Positions 12,801 to 27,800 of a DNA stretch of 64,000 nt are shown here, piece by piece. The notes beneath the pieces are model-generated. The model did not search any database. It saw only the letters and a list, made by a program, of their open reading frames with translations, and was not told the DNA's origin. Each line of letters starts with the position of its first letter. Positions within the stretch are counted from its first letter, which is position 1. The DNA is taken from the NCBI GenBank assembly GCA_950097015.1, contig CATNEN010000025.1, positions 6,696,001-6,760,000 of the forward strand. The letters run 5' to 3'. The DNA is from Macrostomum hystrix. Its lineage: Eukaryota; Animalia; Platyhelminthes. A program made the position numbers and the translations under genes.

Positions 12801-15800
12801 TCTCTCTCTTGTCTCTCATCTTATCTCTTTCTTGTCTCCCAACTCATCTCTCTCTTGTCTCCCAACTCATCTCTCTCTTCTCTCCCAACTCACCTCATCT
12901 CTTTCTTGTCTCCCAACTCATCTCTCTCTTGTCTCCCAACTCATCTCTCTCTTGTCTCCCAACTCATCTCTCTCTTGTCTCCCAACTCATCTCTCTCTTG
13001 TCTCCCAACTCATCTCTCTCTTGTCTCCCAACTCATCTCTCTCTTGTCTCCCAACTCATCTCTTTCTTGTCTCTCATCTTATCTCTCTCTTCTCTCTCAT
13101 CTCATCTCTGTCTTGTCTCCCAACTCATCTCTCTCTTCTCTCCCAACTCATCTCTCTCTTCTCTCCCAACTCATCTCTCTCTTGTCTCCCAACTCATCTC
13201 TCTCTTGTCTCCCAACTCATCTCTCTCTTGTCTCTCATCTTATCTCTTTCTTGTCTCTCATCTTATCTCTTTCTTGTCTCTCATCTTATCTCTTTCTTGT
13301 CTCTCATCTTATCTCTTTCTTGTCTCTCATCTTATCTCTTTCTTGTCTCTCATCTCATCTCTCTCTTGTCTCCCAACTCATCTCTCTCTTGTCTCCCAAC
13401 TCATCTCTCTCTTGTCTCTCATCTTATCTCTCTCTTGTCTCCCAACTTATCTCTCTCTTCTCTCCCAACTCATCTCTCTCTTCTCTCCCAACTCACCTCT
13501 CTCTTCTCTCTCACCTCATCTCTTTCTTGTCTCCCAACTCATCTCTCTCTTGTCTCCCAACTCATCTCTCTCTTGTCTCCCAACTCATCTCTCTCTTGTC
13601 TCCCAACTCATCTCTCTCTTGTCTCCCAACTTATCTCTCTCTTCTCTCCCAACTCATCTCTCTCTTGTCTCCCAACTCATCTCTCTCTTGTCTCCCAACT
13701 CATCTCTCTCTTGTCTCCCAACTCATCTCTCTCTTGTCTCCCAACTCATCTCTCTCTTGTCTCCCAACTCATCTCTTTCTTGTCTCCCAACTCATCTCTC
13801 TCTTGTCTCCCAACTCATCTCTCTCTTGTCTCCCAACTCATCTCTCTCTTGTCTCCCAACTCATCTCTCTCTTGTCTCCCAACTCATCTCTCTCTTGTCT
13901 CCCAACTCATCTCTCTCTTGTCTCCCAACTCATCTCTCTCTTGTCTCCCAACTCATCTCTTTCTTGTCTCCCAACTCATCTCTCTCTTCTCTCCCAACTC
14001 ATCTCTCTCTTGTCTCCCAACTCATCTCTCTCTTGTCTCCCAACTCATCTCTCTCTTGTCTCCCAACTCATCTCTCTCTTGTCTCTCACCTCATCTCTCT
14101 CTTGTCTCCCAACTCACCTCTCTCTTCTCTCTCACCTCATCTCTTTCTTGTCTCCCAACTCATCTCTCTCTTGTCTCCCAACTCATCTCTCTCTTGTCTC
14201 CCAACTCATCTCTCTCTTGTCTCCCAACTCATCTCTCTCTTGTCTCCCAACTCATCTCTCTCTTGTCTCCCAACTCATCTCTCTCTTGTCTCCCAACTCA
14301 TCTCTTTCTTGTCTCCCAACTCATCTCTCTCTTCTCTCCCAACTCATCTCTCTCTTGTCTCCCAACTCATCTCTCTCTTGTCTCCCAACTCATCTCTCTC
14401 TTGTCTCCCAACTCATCTCTCTCTTCTCTCCCAACTCATCTCTCTCTTGTCTCCCAACTCATCTCTCTCTTGTCTCTCACCTCATCTCTCTCTTGTCTCC
14501 CAACTCATCTCTCTCTTGTCTCTCATCTTATCTCTCTCTTGTCTCCCAACTTATCTCTCTCTTCTCTCCCAACTCATCTCTCTCTTCTCTCCCAACTCAT
14601 CTCTCTCTTCTCTCCCAACTCATCTCTCTCTTGTCTCCCAACTCATCTGTCTCTTCTCTCCCAACTCATCTCTCTCTTGTCTCCCAACTCATCTCTCTCT
14701 TCTCTCCCAACTCATCTCTCTCTTGTCTCTCATCTTATCTCTCTCTTGTCTCCCAACTTATCTCTCTCTTCTCTCTCATCTCATCTCTGTCTTGTCTCCC
14801 AACTCATCTCTCTCTTGTCTCCCAACTCATCTCTCTCTTGTCTCCCAACTCATCTCTCTCTTCTCTCCCAACTCATCTCTCTCTTCTCTCCCAACTCATC
14901 TCTCTCTTCTCTCCCAACTCACCTCTCTCTTCTCTCTCACCTCATCTCTTTCTTGTCTCCCAACTCATCTCTCTCTTGTCTCTCACGTTATCTCTCTCTT
15001 CATTCCCATCTTATCTCTCTCTTCATTCCCATCTTATCTCTCTCTTCATTCCCATCTTATCTCTCTCTTCATTCCCATCTTATCTCTCTCTTTATTCCCA
15101 TCTTATCTCTCTCTTCATTCCCATCTTATCTCTCTCTTCATTCCCAACTTATCTCTCTCTTCTCTCCCAACTCATCTCTCTCTTCTCTCCCAACTCATCT
15201 CTCTCTTGTCTCTCACCTCATCTCTCTCTTCTCTCCCAACTCATCTCTCTCTTGTCTCCCAACTTATCTCTCTCTTCTCTCCCAACTCATCTCTCTCTTC
15301 TCTCCCAACTCATCTCTCTCTTCTCTCCCAACTCATCTCTCTCTTGTCTCTCACCTCATCTCTCTCTTCTCTCCCAACTCATCTCTCTCTTGTCTCCCAA
15401 CTTATCTCTCTCTTCTCTCCCAACTCATCTCTCTCTTCTCTCTCACCTCATCTCCTTCTTGTCTCCCAACTTATCTCTCTCTTCTCTCTCACCTCATCTC
15501 TCTCTTCTCTCCCAACTCATCTCTCTCTTCTCTCTCACCTCATCTCTCTCTTCTCTCCCAACTCATCTCTCTCTTCTCTCCCAACTCATCTCTCTCTTCT
15601 CTCCCAACTCATCTCTCTCTTCTCTCTCACCTCATCTCTTTCTTGTCTCCCAACTCATCTCTCTCTTGTCTCCCAACTCATCTCTCTCTTGTCTCCCAAC
15701 TCATCTCTCTCTTGTCTCCCAACTCATCTCTCTCTTGTCTCCCAACTCATCTCTCTCTTGTCTCTCATCTTATCTCTTTCTTGTCTCTCATCTTATCTCT

Positions 15801-18800
15801 CTCTTGTCTCCCAACTCATCTCTCTCTTGTCTCCCAACTCATCTCTCTCTTGTCTCTCATCTTATCTCTTTCTTGTCTCCCAACTCATCTCTCTCTTGTC
15901 TCCCAACTCATCTCTCTCTTCTCTCCCAACTCACCTCATCTCTTTCTTGTCTCCCAACTCATCTCTCTCTTGTCTCCCAACTCATCTCTCTCTTGTCTCC
16001 CAACTCATCTCTCTCTTGTCTCCCAACTCATCTCTCTCTTGTCTCCCAACTCATCTCTCTCTTGTCTCCCAACTCATCTCTCTCTTGTCTCCCAACTCAT
16101 CTCTCTCTTCTCTCCCAACTCATCTCTCTCTTGTCTCTCACGTTATCTCTCTCTTCATTCCCATCTTATCTCTCTCTTCATTCCCATCTTATCTCTCTCT
16201 TCATTCCCATCTTATCTCTCTCTTCATTCCCATCTTATCTCTCTCTTCATTCCCATCTCATCTCTCTCTTCTCTCCCAACTCTTGTCTCTCATCTCATCT
16301 CTCTCTCTTGTCTCTCATCTCATCTCTCTCTTGTCTCTCACCTCATCTCTCTCTTCTCTCTCATCTCATCTCTGTCTTGTCTCTCATCTCATCTCTCTCT
16401 TCTCTCCCAACTCATCTCTCTCTTCTCTCCCAACTCATCTCTCTCTTGTCTCTCACCTCATCTCTCTCTTGTCTCCCAACTTATCTCTCTCTTCTCTCAC
16501 CTCATCTCTCTCTTGTCTCCCAACTCATCTCTCTCTTGTCTCTCACCTCATCTCTGTCTTGTCTCCCAACTCATCTCTCTCTTGTCTCCCAACTCATCTC
16601 TCTCTTGTCTCCCAACTCATCTCTCTCTTGTCTCCCAACTCATCTCTCTCTTCTCTCCCAACTCATCTCTCTCTTGTCTCTCATCTTATCTCTTTCTTGT
16701 CTCTCATCTTATCTCTCTCTTGTCTCCCAACTCATCTCTCTCTTCTCTCCCAACTCATCTCTCTCTTCTCTCCCAACTCATCTCTCTCTTGTCTCCCAAC
16801 TTATCTCTCTCTTCTCTCCCAACTCATCTCTCTCTTCTCTCTCACCTCATCTCCTTCTTGTCTCCCAACTTATCTCTCTCTTCTCTCTCACCTCATCTCT
16901 CTCTTCTCTCCCAACTCATCTCTCTCTTCTCTCTCACCTCATCTCTCTCTTCTCTCCCAACTCATCTCTCTCTTCTCTCCCAACTCATCTCTCTCTTCTC
17001 TCCCAACTCATCTCTCTCTTCTCTCCCAACTCACCTCTCTCTTCTCTCTCACCTCATCTCTTTCTTGTCTCCCAACTCATCTCTCTCTTGTCTCCCAACT
17101 CATCTCTCTCTTGTCTCCCAACTCATCTCTCTCTTGTCTCCCAACTCATCTCTCTCTTGTCTCCCAACTCATCTCTCTCTTGTCTCCCAACTCATCTCTC
17201 TCTTGTCTCCCAACTCATCTCTCTCTTGTCTCTCATCTTATCTCTTTCTTGTCTCTCATCTTATCTCTCTCTTGTCTCCCAACTCATCTCTCTCTTGTCT
17301 CCCAACTCATCTCTCTCTTGTCTCTCATCTTATCTCTTTCTTGTCTCCCAACTCATCTCTCTCTTCTCTCCCAACTCACCTCATCTCTCTCTTGTCTCCC
17401 AACTCATCTCTCTCTTGTCTCCCAACTCATCTCTCTCTTGTCTCCCAACTCATCTCTCTCTTGTCTCCCAACTCATCTCTCTCTTGTCTCCCAACTCATC
17501 TCTCTCTTGTCTCCCAACTCATCTCTCTCTTGTCTCCCAACTCATCTCTCTCTTCTCTCCCAACTCATCTCTCTCTTGTCTCTCACGTTATCTCTCTCTT
17601 CATTCCCATCTTATCTCTCTCTTCATTCCCATCTTATCTCTCTCTTCATTCCCATCTTATCTCTCTCTTCATTCCCATCTTATCTCTCTCTTCATTCCCA
17701 TCTCATCTCTCTCTTCTCTCCCAACTCTTGTCTCTCATCTCATCTCTCTCTCTCTTGTCTCTCATCTCATCTCTCTCTTGTCTCTCACCTCATCTCTCTC
17801 TTCTCTCTCATCTCATCTCTGTCTTGTCTCTCATCTCATCTCTCTCTTCTCTCCCAACTCATCTCTCTCTTCTCTCCCAACTCATCTCTCTCTTGTCTCT
17901 CACCTCATCTCTCTCTTGTCTCCCAACTTATCTCTCTCTTCTCTCACCTCATCTCTCTCTTGTCTCCCAACTCATCTCTCTCTTGTCTCTCACCTCATCT
18001 CTGTCTTGTCTCCCAACTCATCTCTCTCTTGTCTCTCATCTCATCTCTCTCTTCTCTCCCAACTCATCTCTCTCTTCTCTCCCAACTCATCTCTCTCTTG
18101 TCTCTCACCTCATCTCTCTCTTGTCTCCCAACTTATCTCTCTCTTCTCTCACCTCATCTCTCTCTTGTCTCCCAACTCATCTCTCTCTTGTCTCCCAACT
18201 CATCTCTCTCTTCTCTCCCAACTCATCTCTCTCTTGTCTCTCATCTTATCTCTTTCTTGTCTCTCATCTTATCTCTCTCTTGTCTCCCAACTCATCTCTC
18301 TCTTCTCTCCCAACTCATCTCTCTCTTCTCTCCCAACTCATCTCTCTCTTGTCTCCCAACTTATCTCTCTCTTCTCTCCCAACTCATCTCTCTCTTCTCT
18401 CTCACCTCATCTCCTTCTTGTCTCCCAACTTATCTCTCTCTTCTCTCTCACCTCATCTCTCTCTTCTCTCCCAACTCATCTCTCTCTTCTCTCTCACCTC
18501 ATCTCTCTCTTCTCTCCCAACTCATCTCTCTCTTCTCTCCCAACTCATCTCTCTCTTCTCTCCCAACTCATCTCTCTCTTCTCTCCCAACTCACCTCTCT
18601 CTTCTCTCTCACCTCATCTCTTTCTTGTCTCCCAACTCATCTCTCTCTTGTCTCCCAACTCATCTCTCTCTTGTCTCCCAACTCATCTCTCTCTTGTCTC
18701 CCAACTCATCTCTCTCTTCTCTCCCAACTCATCTCTCTCTTGTCTCTCATCTTATCTCTTTCTTGTCTCTCATCTTATCTCTCTCTTGTCTCCCAACTCA

Positions 18801-21800
18801 TCTCTCTCTTCTCTCCCAACTCATCTCTCTCTTCTCTCCCAACTCATCTCTCTCTTGTCTCCCAACTTATCTCTCTCTTCTCTCCCAACTCATCTCTCTC
18901 TTCTCTCTCACCTCATCTCCTTCTTGTCTCCCAACTTATCTCTCTCTTCTCTCTCACCTCATCTCTCTCTTCTCTCCCAACTCATCTCTCTCTTCTCTCT
19001 CACCTCATCTCTCTCTTCTCTCCCAACTCATCTCTCTCTTCTCTCCCAACTCATCTCTCTCTTCTCTCCCAACTCATCTCTCTCTTCTCTCCCAACTCAC
19101 CTCTCTCTTCTCTCTCACCTCATCTCTTTCTTGTCTCCCAACTCATCTCTCTCTTGTCTCCCAACTCATCTCTCTCTTGTCTCCCAACTCATCTCTTTCT
19201 TGTCTCCCAACTCATCTCTCTCTTGTCTCCCAACTCATCTCTCTCTTGTCTCCCAACTCATCTCTCTCTTGTCTCCCAACTCATCTCTCTCTTGTCTCCC
19301 AACTCATCTCTCTCTTGTCTCTCATCTTATCTCTTTCTTGTCTCTCATCTTATCTCTCTCTTGTCTCCCAACTCATCTCTCTCTTGTCTCCCAACTCATC
19401 TCTCTCTTGTCTCTCATCTTATCTCTTTCTTGTCTCCCAACTCATCTCTCTCTTCTCTCCCAACTCACCTCATCTCTTTCTTGTCTCCCAACTCATCTCT
19501 CTCTTGTCTCCCAACTCATCTCTCTCTTGTCTCCCAACTCATCTCTCTCTTGTCTCCCAACTCATCTCTCTCTTGTCTCCCAACTCATCTCTCTCTTCTC
19601 TCCCAACTCATCTCTCTCTTGTCTCTCACGTTATCTCTCTCTTCATTCCCATCTTATCTCTCTCTTCATTCCCATCTTATCTCTCTCTTCATTCCCATCT
19701 TATCTCTCTCTTCATTCCCATCTTATCTCTCTCTTCATTCCCATCTCATCTCTCTCTTCTCTCCCAACTCTTGTCTCTCATCTCATCTCTCTCTCTTGTC
19801 TCTCATCTCATCTCTCTCTTGTCTCTCACCTCATCTCTCTCTTCTCTCTCATCTCATCTCTGTCTTGTCTCTCATCTCATCTCTCTCTTCTCTCCCAACT
19901 CATCTCTCTCTTCTCTCCCAACTCATCTCTCTCTTGTCTCTCACCTCATCTCTCTCTTGTCTCCCAACTTATCTCTCTCTTCTCTCACCTCATCTCTCTC
20001 TTGTCTCCCAACTCATCTCTCTCTTGTCTCTCACCTCATCTCTGTCTTGTCTCCCAACTCATCTCTCTCTTGTCTCCCAACTCATCTCTCTCTTGTCTCC
20101 CAACTTATCTCTCTCTTGTCTCCCAACTTATCTCTCTCTTCTCTCCCAACTCATCTCTCTCTTGTCTCTCATCTTATCTCTTTCTTGTCTCTCATCTTAT
20201 CTCTCTCTTGTCTCCCAACTCATCTCTCTCTTCTCTCCCAACTCATCTCTCTCTTCTCTCCCAACTCATCTCTCTCTTGTCTCTCACCTCCTCTCTCTCT
20301 TCTCTCCCAACTCATCTCTCTCTTGTCTCCCAACTCATCTCTCTCTTGTCTCTCATCTTATCTCTCTCTTGTCTCCCAACTCATCTCTCTCTTGTCTCCC
20401 AACTCATCTCTCTCTTGTCTCTCATCTTATCTCTCTCTTGTCTCCCAACTTATCTCTCTCTTCTCTCCCAACTCATCTCTCTCTTCTCTCCCAACTCACC
20501 TCTCTCTTCTCTCTCACCTCATCTCTTTCTTGTCTCCCAACTCATCTCTCTCTTGTCTCCCAACTCATCTCTCTCTTGTCTCCCAACTCATCTCTCTCTT
20601 GTCTCCCAACTCATCTCTCTCTTGTCTCCCAACTCATCTCTCTCTTGTCTCCCAACTCATCTCTCTCTTGTCTCCCAACTTATCTCTCTCTTCTCTCCCA
20701 ACTCATCTCTCTCTTCTCTCTCACCTCATCTCTCTCTTCTCTCCCAACTCATCTCTCTCTTCTCTCTCACCTCATCTCTCTCTTCTCTCCCAACTCATCT
20801 CTCTCTTCTCTCTCACCTCATCTCTCTCTTCTCTCCCAACTCATCTCTCTCTTCTCTCCCAACTCATCTCTCTCTTCTCTCCCAACTCATCTCTCTCTTC
20901 TCTCCCAACTCACCTCTCTCTTCTCTCTCACCTCATCTCTTTCTTGTCTCCCAACTCATCTCTCTCTTGTCTCCCAACTTATCTCTCTCTTGTCTCCCAA
21001 CTCATCTCTCTCTTGTCTCCCAACTCATCTCTCTCTTGTCTCCCAACTCATCTCTCTCTTGTCTCCCAACTCATCTCTCTCTTGTCTCTCATCTTATCTC
21101 TTTCTTGTCTCTCATCTTATCTCTCTCTTGTCTCCCAACTCATCTCTCTCTTGTCTCCCAACTCATCTCTCTCTTGTCTCTCATCTTATCTCTTTCTTGT
21201 CTCCCAACTCATCTCTCTCTTGTCTCCCAACTCATCTCTCTCTTCTCTCCCAACTCACCTCATCTCTTTCTTGTCTCCCAACTCATCTCTCTCTTGTCTC
21301 CCAACTCATCTCTCTCTTGTCTCCCAACTCATCTCTCTCTTGTCTCCCAACTCATCTCTCTCTTGTCTCCCAACTCATCTCTCTCTTCTCTCCCAACTCA
21401 CCTCATCTCTTTCTTGTCTCCCAACTCATCTCTCTCTTGTCTCCCAACTCATCTCTCTCTTGTCTCCCAACTCATCTCTCTCTTGTCTCCCAACTCATCT
21501 CTCTCTTGTCTCCCAACTCATCTCTCTCTTGTCTCCCAACTCATCTCTCTCTTCTCTCCCAACTCATCTCTCTCTTGTCTCTCACGTTATCTCTCTCTTC
21601 ATTCCCATCTTATCTCTCTCTTCATTCCCATCTTATCTCTCTCTTCATTCCCATCTTATCTCTCTCTTTATTCCCATCTTATCTCTCTCTTCATTCCCAT
21701 CTCATCTCTCTCTTCTCTCCCAACTCTTGTCTCTCATCTCATCTCTCTCTCTTGTCTCTCATCTCATCTCTCTCTTGTCTCTCACCTCATCTCTCTCTTC

Positions 21801-24800
21801 TCTCTCATCTCATCTCTGTCTTGTCTCTCATCTCATCTCTCTCTTCTCTCCCAACTCATCTCTCTCTTGTCTCCCAACTCATCTCTCTCTTGTCTCTAAC
21901 TTCATCTCTCTCTTGTCTCCCAACTTATCTCTCTCTTCTCTCACCTCATCTCTCTCTTGTCTCCCAACTCATCTCTCTCTTGTCTCTCACCTCATCTCTG
22001 TCTTCTCTCCCAACTCATCTCTCTCTTGTCTCCCAACTTATCTCTCTCTTCTCTCCCAACTCATCTCTCTCTTCTCTCTCACCTCATCTCCTTCTTGTCT
22101 CCCAACTTATCTCTCTCTTCTCTCTCACCTCATCTCTCTCTTCTCTCCCAACTCATCTCTCTCTTCTCTCTCACCTCATCTCTCTCTTCTCTCCCAACTC
22201 ATCTCTCTCTTGTCTCTCATCTTATCTCTTTCTTGTCTCTCATCTTATCTCTCTCTTGTCTCCCAACTCATCTTTCTCTTCTCTCCCAACTCATCTCTCT
22301 CTTCTCTCCCAACTCATCTCTCTCTTGTCTCTCACCTCCTCTCTCTCTTCTCTCCCAACTCATCTCTCTCTTGTCTCCCAACTTATCTCTCTCTTCTCTC
22401 CCAACTCATCTCTCTCTTCTCTCTCACCTCATCTCCTTCTTGTCTCCCAACTTATCTCTCTCTTCTCTCTCACCTCATCTCTCTCTTCTCTCCCAACTCA
22501 TCTCTCTCTTCTCTCTCACCTCATCTCTCTCTTCTCTCCCAACTCATCTCTCTCTTCTCTCCCAACTTATCTCTCTCTTCTCTCCCAACTCATCTCTCTC
22601 TTCTCTCCCAACTCACCTCTCTCTTCTCTCTCACCTCATCTCTTTCTTGTCTCCCAACTCATCTCTCTCTTGTCTCCCAACTCATCTCTCTCTTGTCTCT
22701 CATCTTATCTCTCTCTTGTCTCCCAACTCATCTCTCTCTTGTCTCCCAACTCATCTCTCTCTTGTCTCTCATCTTATCTCTTTCTTGTCTCTCATCTTAT
22801 CTCTCTCTTGTCTCCCAACTCATCTCTCTCTTGTCTCCCAACTCATCTCTCTCTTGTCTCTCACCTCATCTCTTTCTTGTCTCCCAACTCATCTCTCTCT
22901 TGTCTCCCAACTTATCTCTCTCTTGTCTCCCAACTCATCTCTCTCTTGTCTCCCAACTCATCTCTCTCTTGTCTCTCATCTTATCTCTTTCTTGTCTCCC
23001 AACTCATCTCTCTCTTGTCTCCCAACTCATCTCTCTCTTCTCTCCCAACTCACCTCATCTCTTTCTTGTCTCCCAACTCATCTCTCTCTTGTCTCCCAAC
23101 TCATCTCTCTCTTGTCTCCCAACTCATCTCTCTCTTGTCTCCCAACTCATCTCTCTCTTGTCTCCCAACTCATCTCTCTCTTGTCTCCCAACTCATCTCT
23201 CTCTTGTCTCCCAACTCATCTCTTTCTTGTCTCTCATCTTATCTCTCTCTTCTCTCCCAACTCATCTCTCTCTTCTCTCCCAACTCATCTCTCTCTTCTC
23301 TCCCAACTCATCTCTCTCTTCTCTCCCAACTCATCTCTCTCTTGTCTCCCAACTCATCTCTCTCTTGTCTCCCAACTCATCTCTCTCTTGTCTCTCATCT
23401 TATCTCTCTCTTGTCTCCCAACTCATCTCTCTCTTGTCTCCCAACTCATCTCTCTCTTGTCTCTCATCTTATCTCTCTCTTGTCTCCCAACTTATCTCTC
23501 TCTTCTCTCCCAACTCATCTCTCTCTTCTCTCTCACCTCATCTCCTTCTTGTCTCCCAACTTATCTCTCTCTTCTCTCTCACCTCATCTCTCTCTTCTCT
23601 CCCAACTCATCTCTCTCTTCTCTCTCACCTCATCTCTCTCTTCTCTCCCAACTCATCTCTCTCTTCTCTCCCAACTTATCTCTCTCTTCTCTCCCAACTC
23701 ATCTCTCTCTTCTCTCCCAACTCACCTCTCTCTTCTCTCTCACCTCATCTCTTTCTTGTCTCCCAACTCATCTCTCTCTTGTCTCCCAACTCATCTCTCT
23801 CTTGTCTCTCATCTTATCTCTCTCTTGTCTCCCAACTCATCTCTCTCTTGTCTCCCAACTCATCTCTCTCTTGTCTCTCATCTTATCTCTTTCTTGTCTC
23901 TCATCTTATCTCTCTCTTGTCTCCCAACTCATCTCTCTCTTGTCTCCCAACTCATCTCTCTCTTGTCTCTCACCTCATCTCTTTCTTGTCTCCCAACTCA
24001 TCTCTCTCTTGTCTCCCAACTTATCTCTCTCTTGTCTCCCAACTCATCTCTCTCTTGTCTCCCAACTCATCTCTCTCTTGTCTCTCATCTTATCTCTTTC
24101 TTGTCTCCCAACTCATCTCTCTCTTGTCTCCCAACTCATCTCTCTCTTCTCTCCCAACTCACCTCATCTCTTTCTTGTCTCCCAACTCATCTCTCTCTTG
24201 TCTCCCAACTCATCTCTCTCTTGTCTCCCAACTCATCTCTCTCTTGTCTCCCAACTCATCTCTCTCTTGTCTCCCAACTCATCTCTCTCTTGTCTCCCAA
24301 CTCATCTCTCTCTTGTCTCCCAACTCATCTCTCTCTTGTCTCTCATCTTATCTCTTTCTTGTCTCTCATCTTATCTCTCTCTTGTCTCCCAGCTCATCTC
24401 TCTCTTGTCTCCCAACTCATCTCTCTCTTGTCTCCCAACTCATCTCTTTCTTGTCTCTCATCTTATCTCTCTCTTGTCTCCCAACTCATCTCTCTCTTGT
24501 CTCCCAACTTATCTCTCTCTTCTCTCCCAACTCATCTCTCTCTTGTCTCCCAACTTATCTCTCTCTTCTCTCTCATCTCATCTCTGTCTTGTCTCCCAAC
24601 TCATCTCTCTCTTCTCTCCCAACTCATCTCTCTCTTCTCTCCCAACTCATCTCTCTCTTGTCTCCCAACTCATCTCTCTCTTCTCTCCCAACTCATCTCT
24701 CTCTTCTCTCCCAACTCATCTCTCTCTTCTCTCCCAACTCATCTCTCTCTTCTCTCTCACCTCATCTCTCTCTTCTCTCCCAACTCATCTCTCTCTTCTC

Positions 24801-27800
24801 TCCCAACTCATCTCTCTCTTCTCTCCCAACTCACCTCTCTCTTCTCTCTCACCTCATCTCTTTCTTGTCTCCCAACTCATCTCTCTCTTGTCTCTCACGT
24901 TATCTCTCTCTTCATTCCCATCTTATCTCTCTCTTCATTCCCATCTTATCTCTCTCTTCATTCCCATCTTATCTCTCTCTTCATTCCCATCTTATCTCTC
25001 TCTTTATTCCCATCTTATCTCTCTCTTCATTCCCATCTTATCTCTCTCTTCATTCCCAACTTATCTCTCTCTTCTCTCCCAACTCATCTCTCTCTTCTCT
25101 CCCAACTCATCTCTCTCTTCTCTCCCAACTCATCTCTCTCTTGTCTCTCACCTCATCTCTCTCTTCTCTCCCAACTCATCTCTCTCTTGTCTCCCAACTT
25201 ATCTCTCTCTTCTCTCCCAACTCATCTCTCTCTTCTCTCTCACCTCATCTCCTTCTTGTCTCCCAACTTATCTCTCTCTTCTCTCTCACCTCATCTCTCT
25301 CTTCTCTCCCAACTCATCTCTCTCTTCTCTCTCACCTCATCTCTCTCTTCTCTCCCAACTCATCTCTCTCTTCTCTCCCAACTCATCTCTCTCTTCTCTC
25401 CCAACTCATCTCTCTCTTCTCTCCCAACTCACCTCTCTCTTCTCTCTCACCTCATCTCTTTCTTGTCTCCCAACTCATCTCTCTCTTGTCTCCCAACTCA
25501 TCTCTCTCTTGTCTCCCAACTTATCTCTCTCTTCTCTCCCAACTCATCTCTCTCTTCTCTCTCACCTCATCTCCTTCTTGTCTCCCAACTTATCTCTCTC
25601 TTCTCTCTCACCTCATCTCTCTCTTCTCTCCCAACTCATCTCTCTCTTCTCTCTCACCTCATCTCTCTCTTCTCTCCCAACTCATCTCTCTCTTCTCTCC
25701 CAACTCATCTCTCTCTTCTCTCCCAACTCATCTCTCTCTTCTCTCCCAACTCACCTCTCTCTTCTCTCTCACCTCATCTCTTTCTTGTCTCCCAACTCAT
25801 CTCTCTCTTGTCTCCCAACTCATCTCTCTCTTGTCTCCCAACTCATCTCTCTCTTGTCTCCCAACTCATCTCTCTCTTGTCTCCCAACTCATCTCTCTCT
25901 TGTCTCCCAACTCATCTCTCTCTTGTCTCCCAACTCATCTCTCTCTTGTCTCTCATCTTATCTCTTTCTTGTCTCTCATCTTATCTCTCTCTTGTCTCCC
26001 AACTCATCTCTCTCTTGTCTCCCAACTCATCTCTCTCTTGTCTCTCATCTTATCTCTTTCTTGTCTCCCAACTCATCTCTCTCTTCTCTCCCAACTCACC
26101 TCATCTCTTTCTTGTCTCCCAACTCATCTCTCTCTTGTCTCCCAACTCATCTCTCTCTTGTCTCCCAACTCATCTCTCTCTTGTCTCCCAACTCATCTCT
26201 CTCTTGTCTCCCAACTCATCTCTCTCTTGTCTCCCAACTCATCTCTCTCTTCTCTCCCAACTCATCTCTCTCTTGTCTCTCACGTTATCTCTCTCTTCAT
26301 TCCCATCTTATCTCTCTCTTCATTCCCATCTTATCTCTCTCTTCATTCCCATCTTATCTCTCTCTTCATTCCCATCTTATCTCTCTCTTCATTCCCATCT
26401 CATCTCTCTCTTCTCTCCCAACTCATCTCTCTCTTGTCTCCCAACTCATCTCTCTCTTGTCTCCCAACTCATCTCTCTCTTGTCTCCCAACTCATCTCTC
26501 TCTTGTCTCCCAACTCATCTCTCTCTTGTCTCCCAACTCATCTCTCTCTTGTCTCCCAACTCATCTCTCTCTTCTCTCCCAACTCATCTCTCTCTTGTCT
26601 CTCACGTTATCTCTCTCTTCATTCCCATCTTATCTCTCTCTTCATTCCCATCTTATCTCTCTCTTCATTCCCATCTTATCTCTCTCTTCATTCCCATCTT
26701 ATCTCTCTCTTCCTTCCCATCTCATCTCTCTCTTCTCTCCCAACTCTTGTCTCTCATCTCATCTCTCTCTCTTGTCTCTCATCTCATCTCTCTCTTGTCT
26801 CTCACCTCATCTCTCTCTTCTCTCTCATCTCATCTCTGTCTTGTCTCTCATCTCATCTCTCTCTTCTCTCCCAACTCATCTCTCTCTTCTCTCCCAACTC
26901 ATCTCTCTCTTGTCTCTCACCTCATCTCTCTCTTGTCTCCCAACTTATCTCTCTCTTCTCTCACCTCATCTCTCTCTTGTCTCCCAACTCATCTCTCTCT
27001 TGTCTCTCACCTCATCTCTGTCTTGTCTCCCAACTCATCTCTCTCTTGTCTCCCAACTCATCTCTCTCTTGTCTCCCAACTCATCTCTCTCTTGTCTCCC
27101 AACTCATCTCTCTCTTCTCTCCCAACTCATCTCTCTCTTGTCTCTCATCTTATCTCTTTCTTGTCTCTCATCTTATCTCTCTCTTGTCTCCCAACTCATC
27201 TCTCTCTTCTCTCCCAACTCATCTCTCTCTTCTCTCCCAACTCATCTCTCTCTTGTCTCCCAACTTATCTCTCTCTTCTCTCCCAACTCATCTCTCTCTT
27301 CTCTCTCACCTCATCTCCTTCTTGTCTCCCAACTTATCTCTCTCTTCTCTCTCACCTCATCTCTCTCTTCTCTCCCAACTCATCTCTCTCTTCTCTCTCA
27401 CCTCATCTCTCTCTTCTCTCCCAACTCATCTCTCTCTTCTCTCCCAACTCATCTCTCTCTTCTCTCCCAACTCATCTCTCTCTTCTCTCCCAACTCACCT
27501 CTCTCTTCTCTCTCACCTCATCTCTTTCTTGTCTCCCAACTCATCTCTCTCTTGTCTCCCAACTCATCTCTCTCTTGTCTCCCAACTCATCTCTCTCTTG
27601 TCTCCCAACTCATCTCTCTCTTCTCTCCCAACTCATCTCTCTCTTGTCTCTCATCTTATCTCTTTCTTGTCTCTCATCTTATCTCTCTCTTGTCTCCCAA
27701 CTCATCTCTCTCTTCTCTCCCAACTCATCTCTCTCTTCTCTCCCAACTCATCTCTCTCTTGTCTCCCAACTTATCTCTCTCTTCTCTCCCAACTCATCTC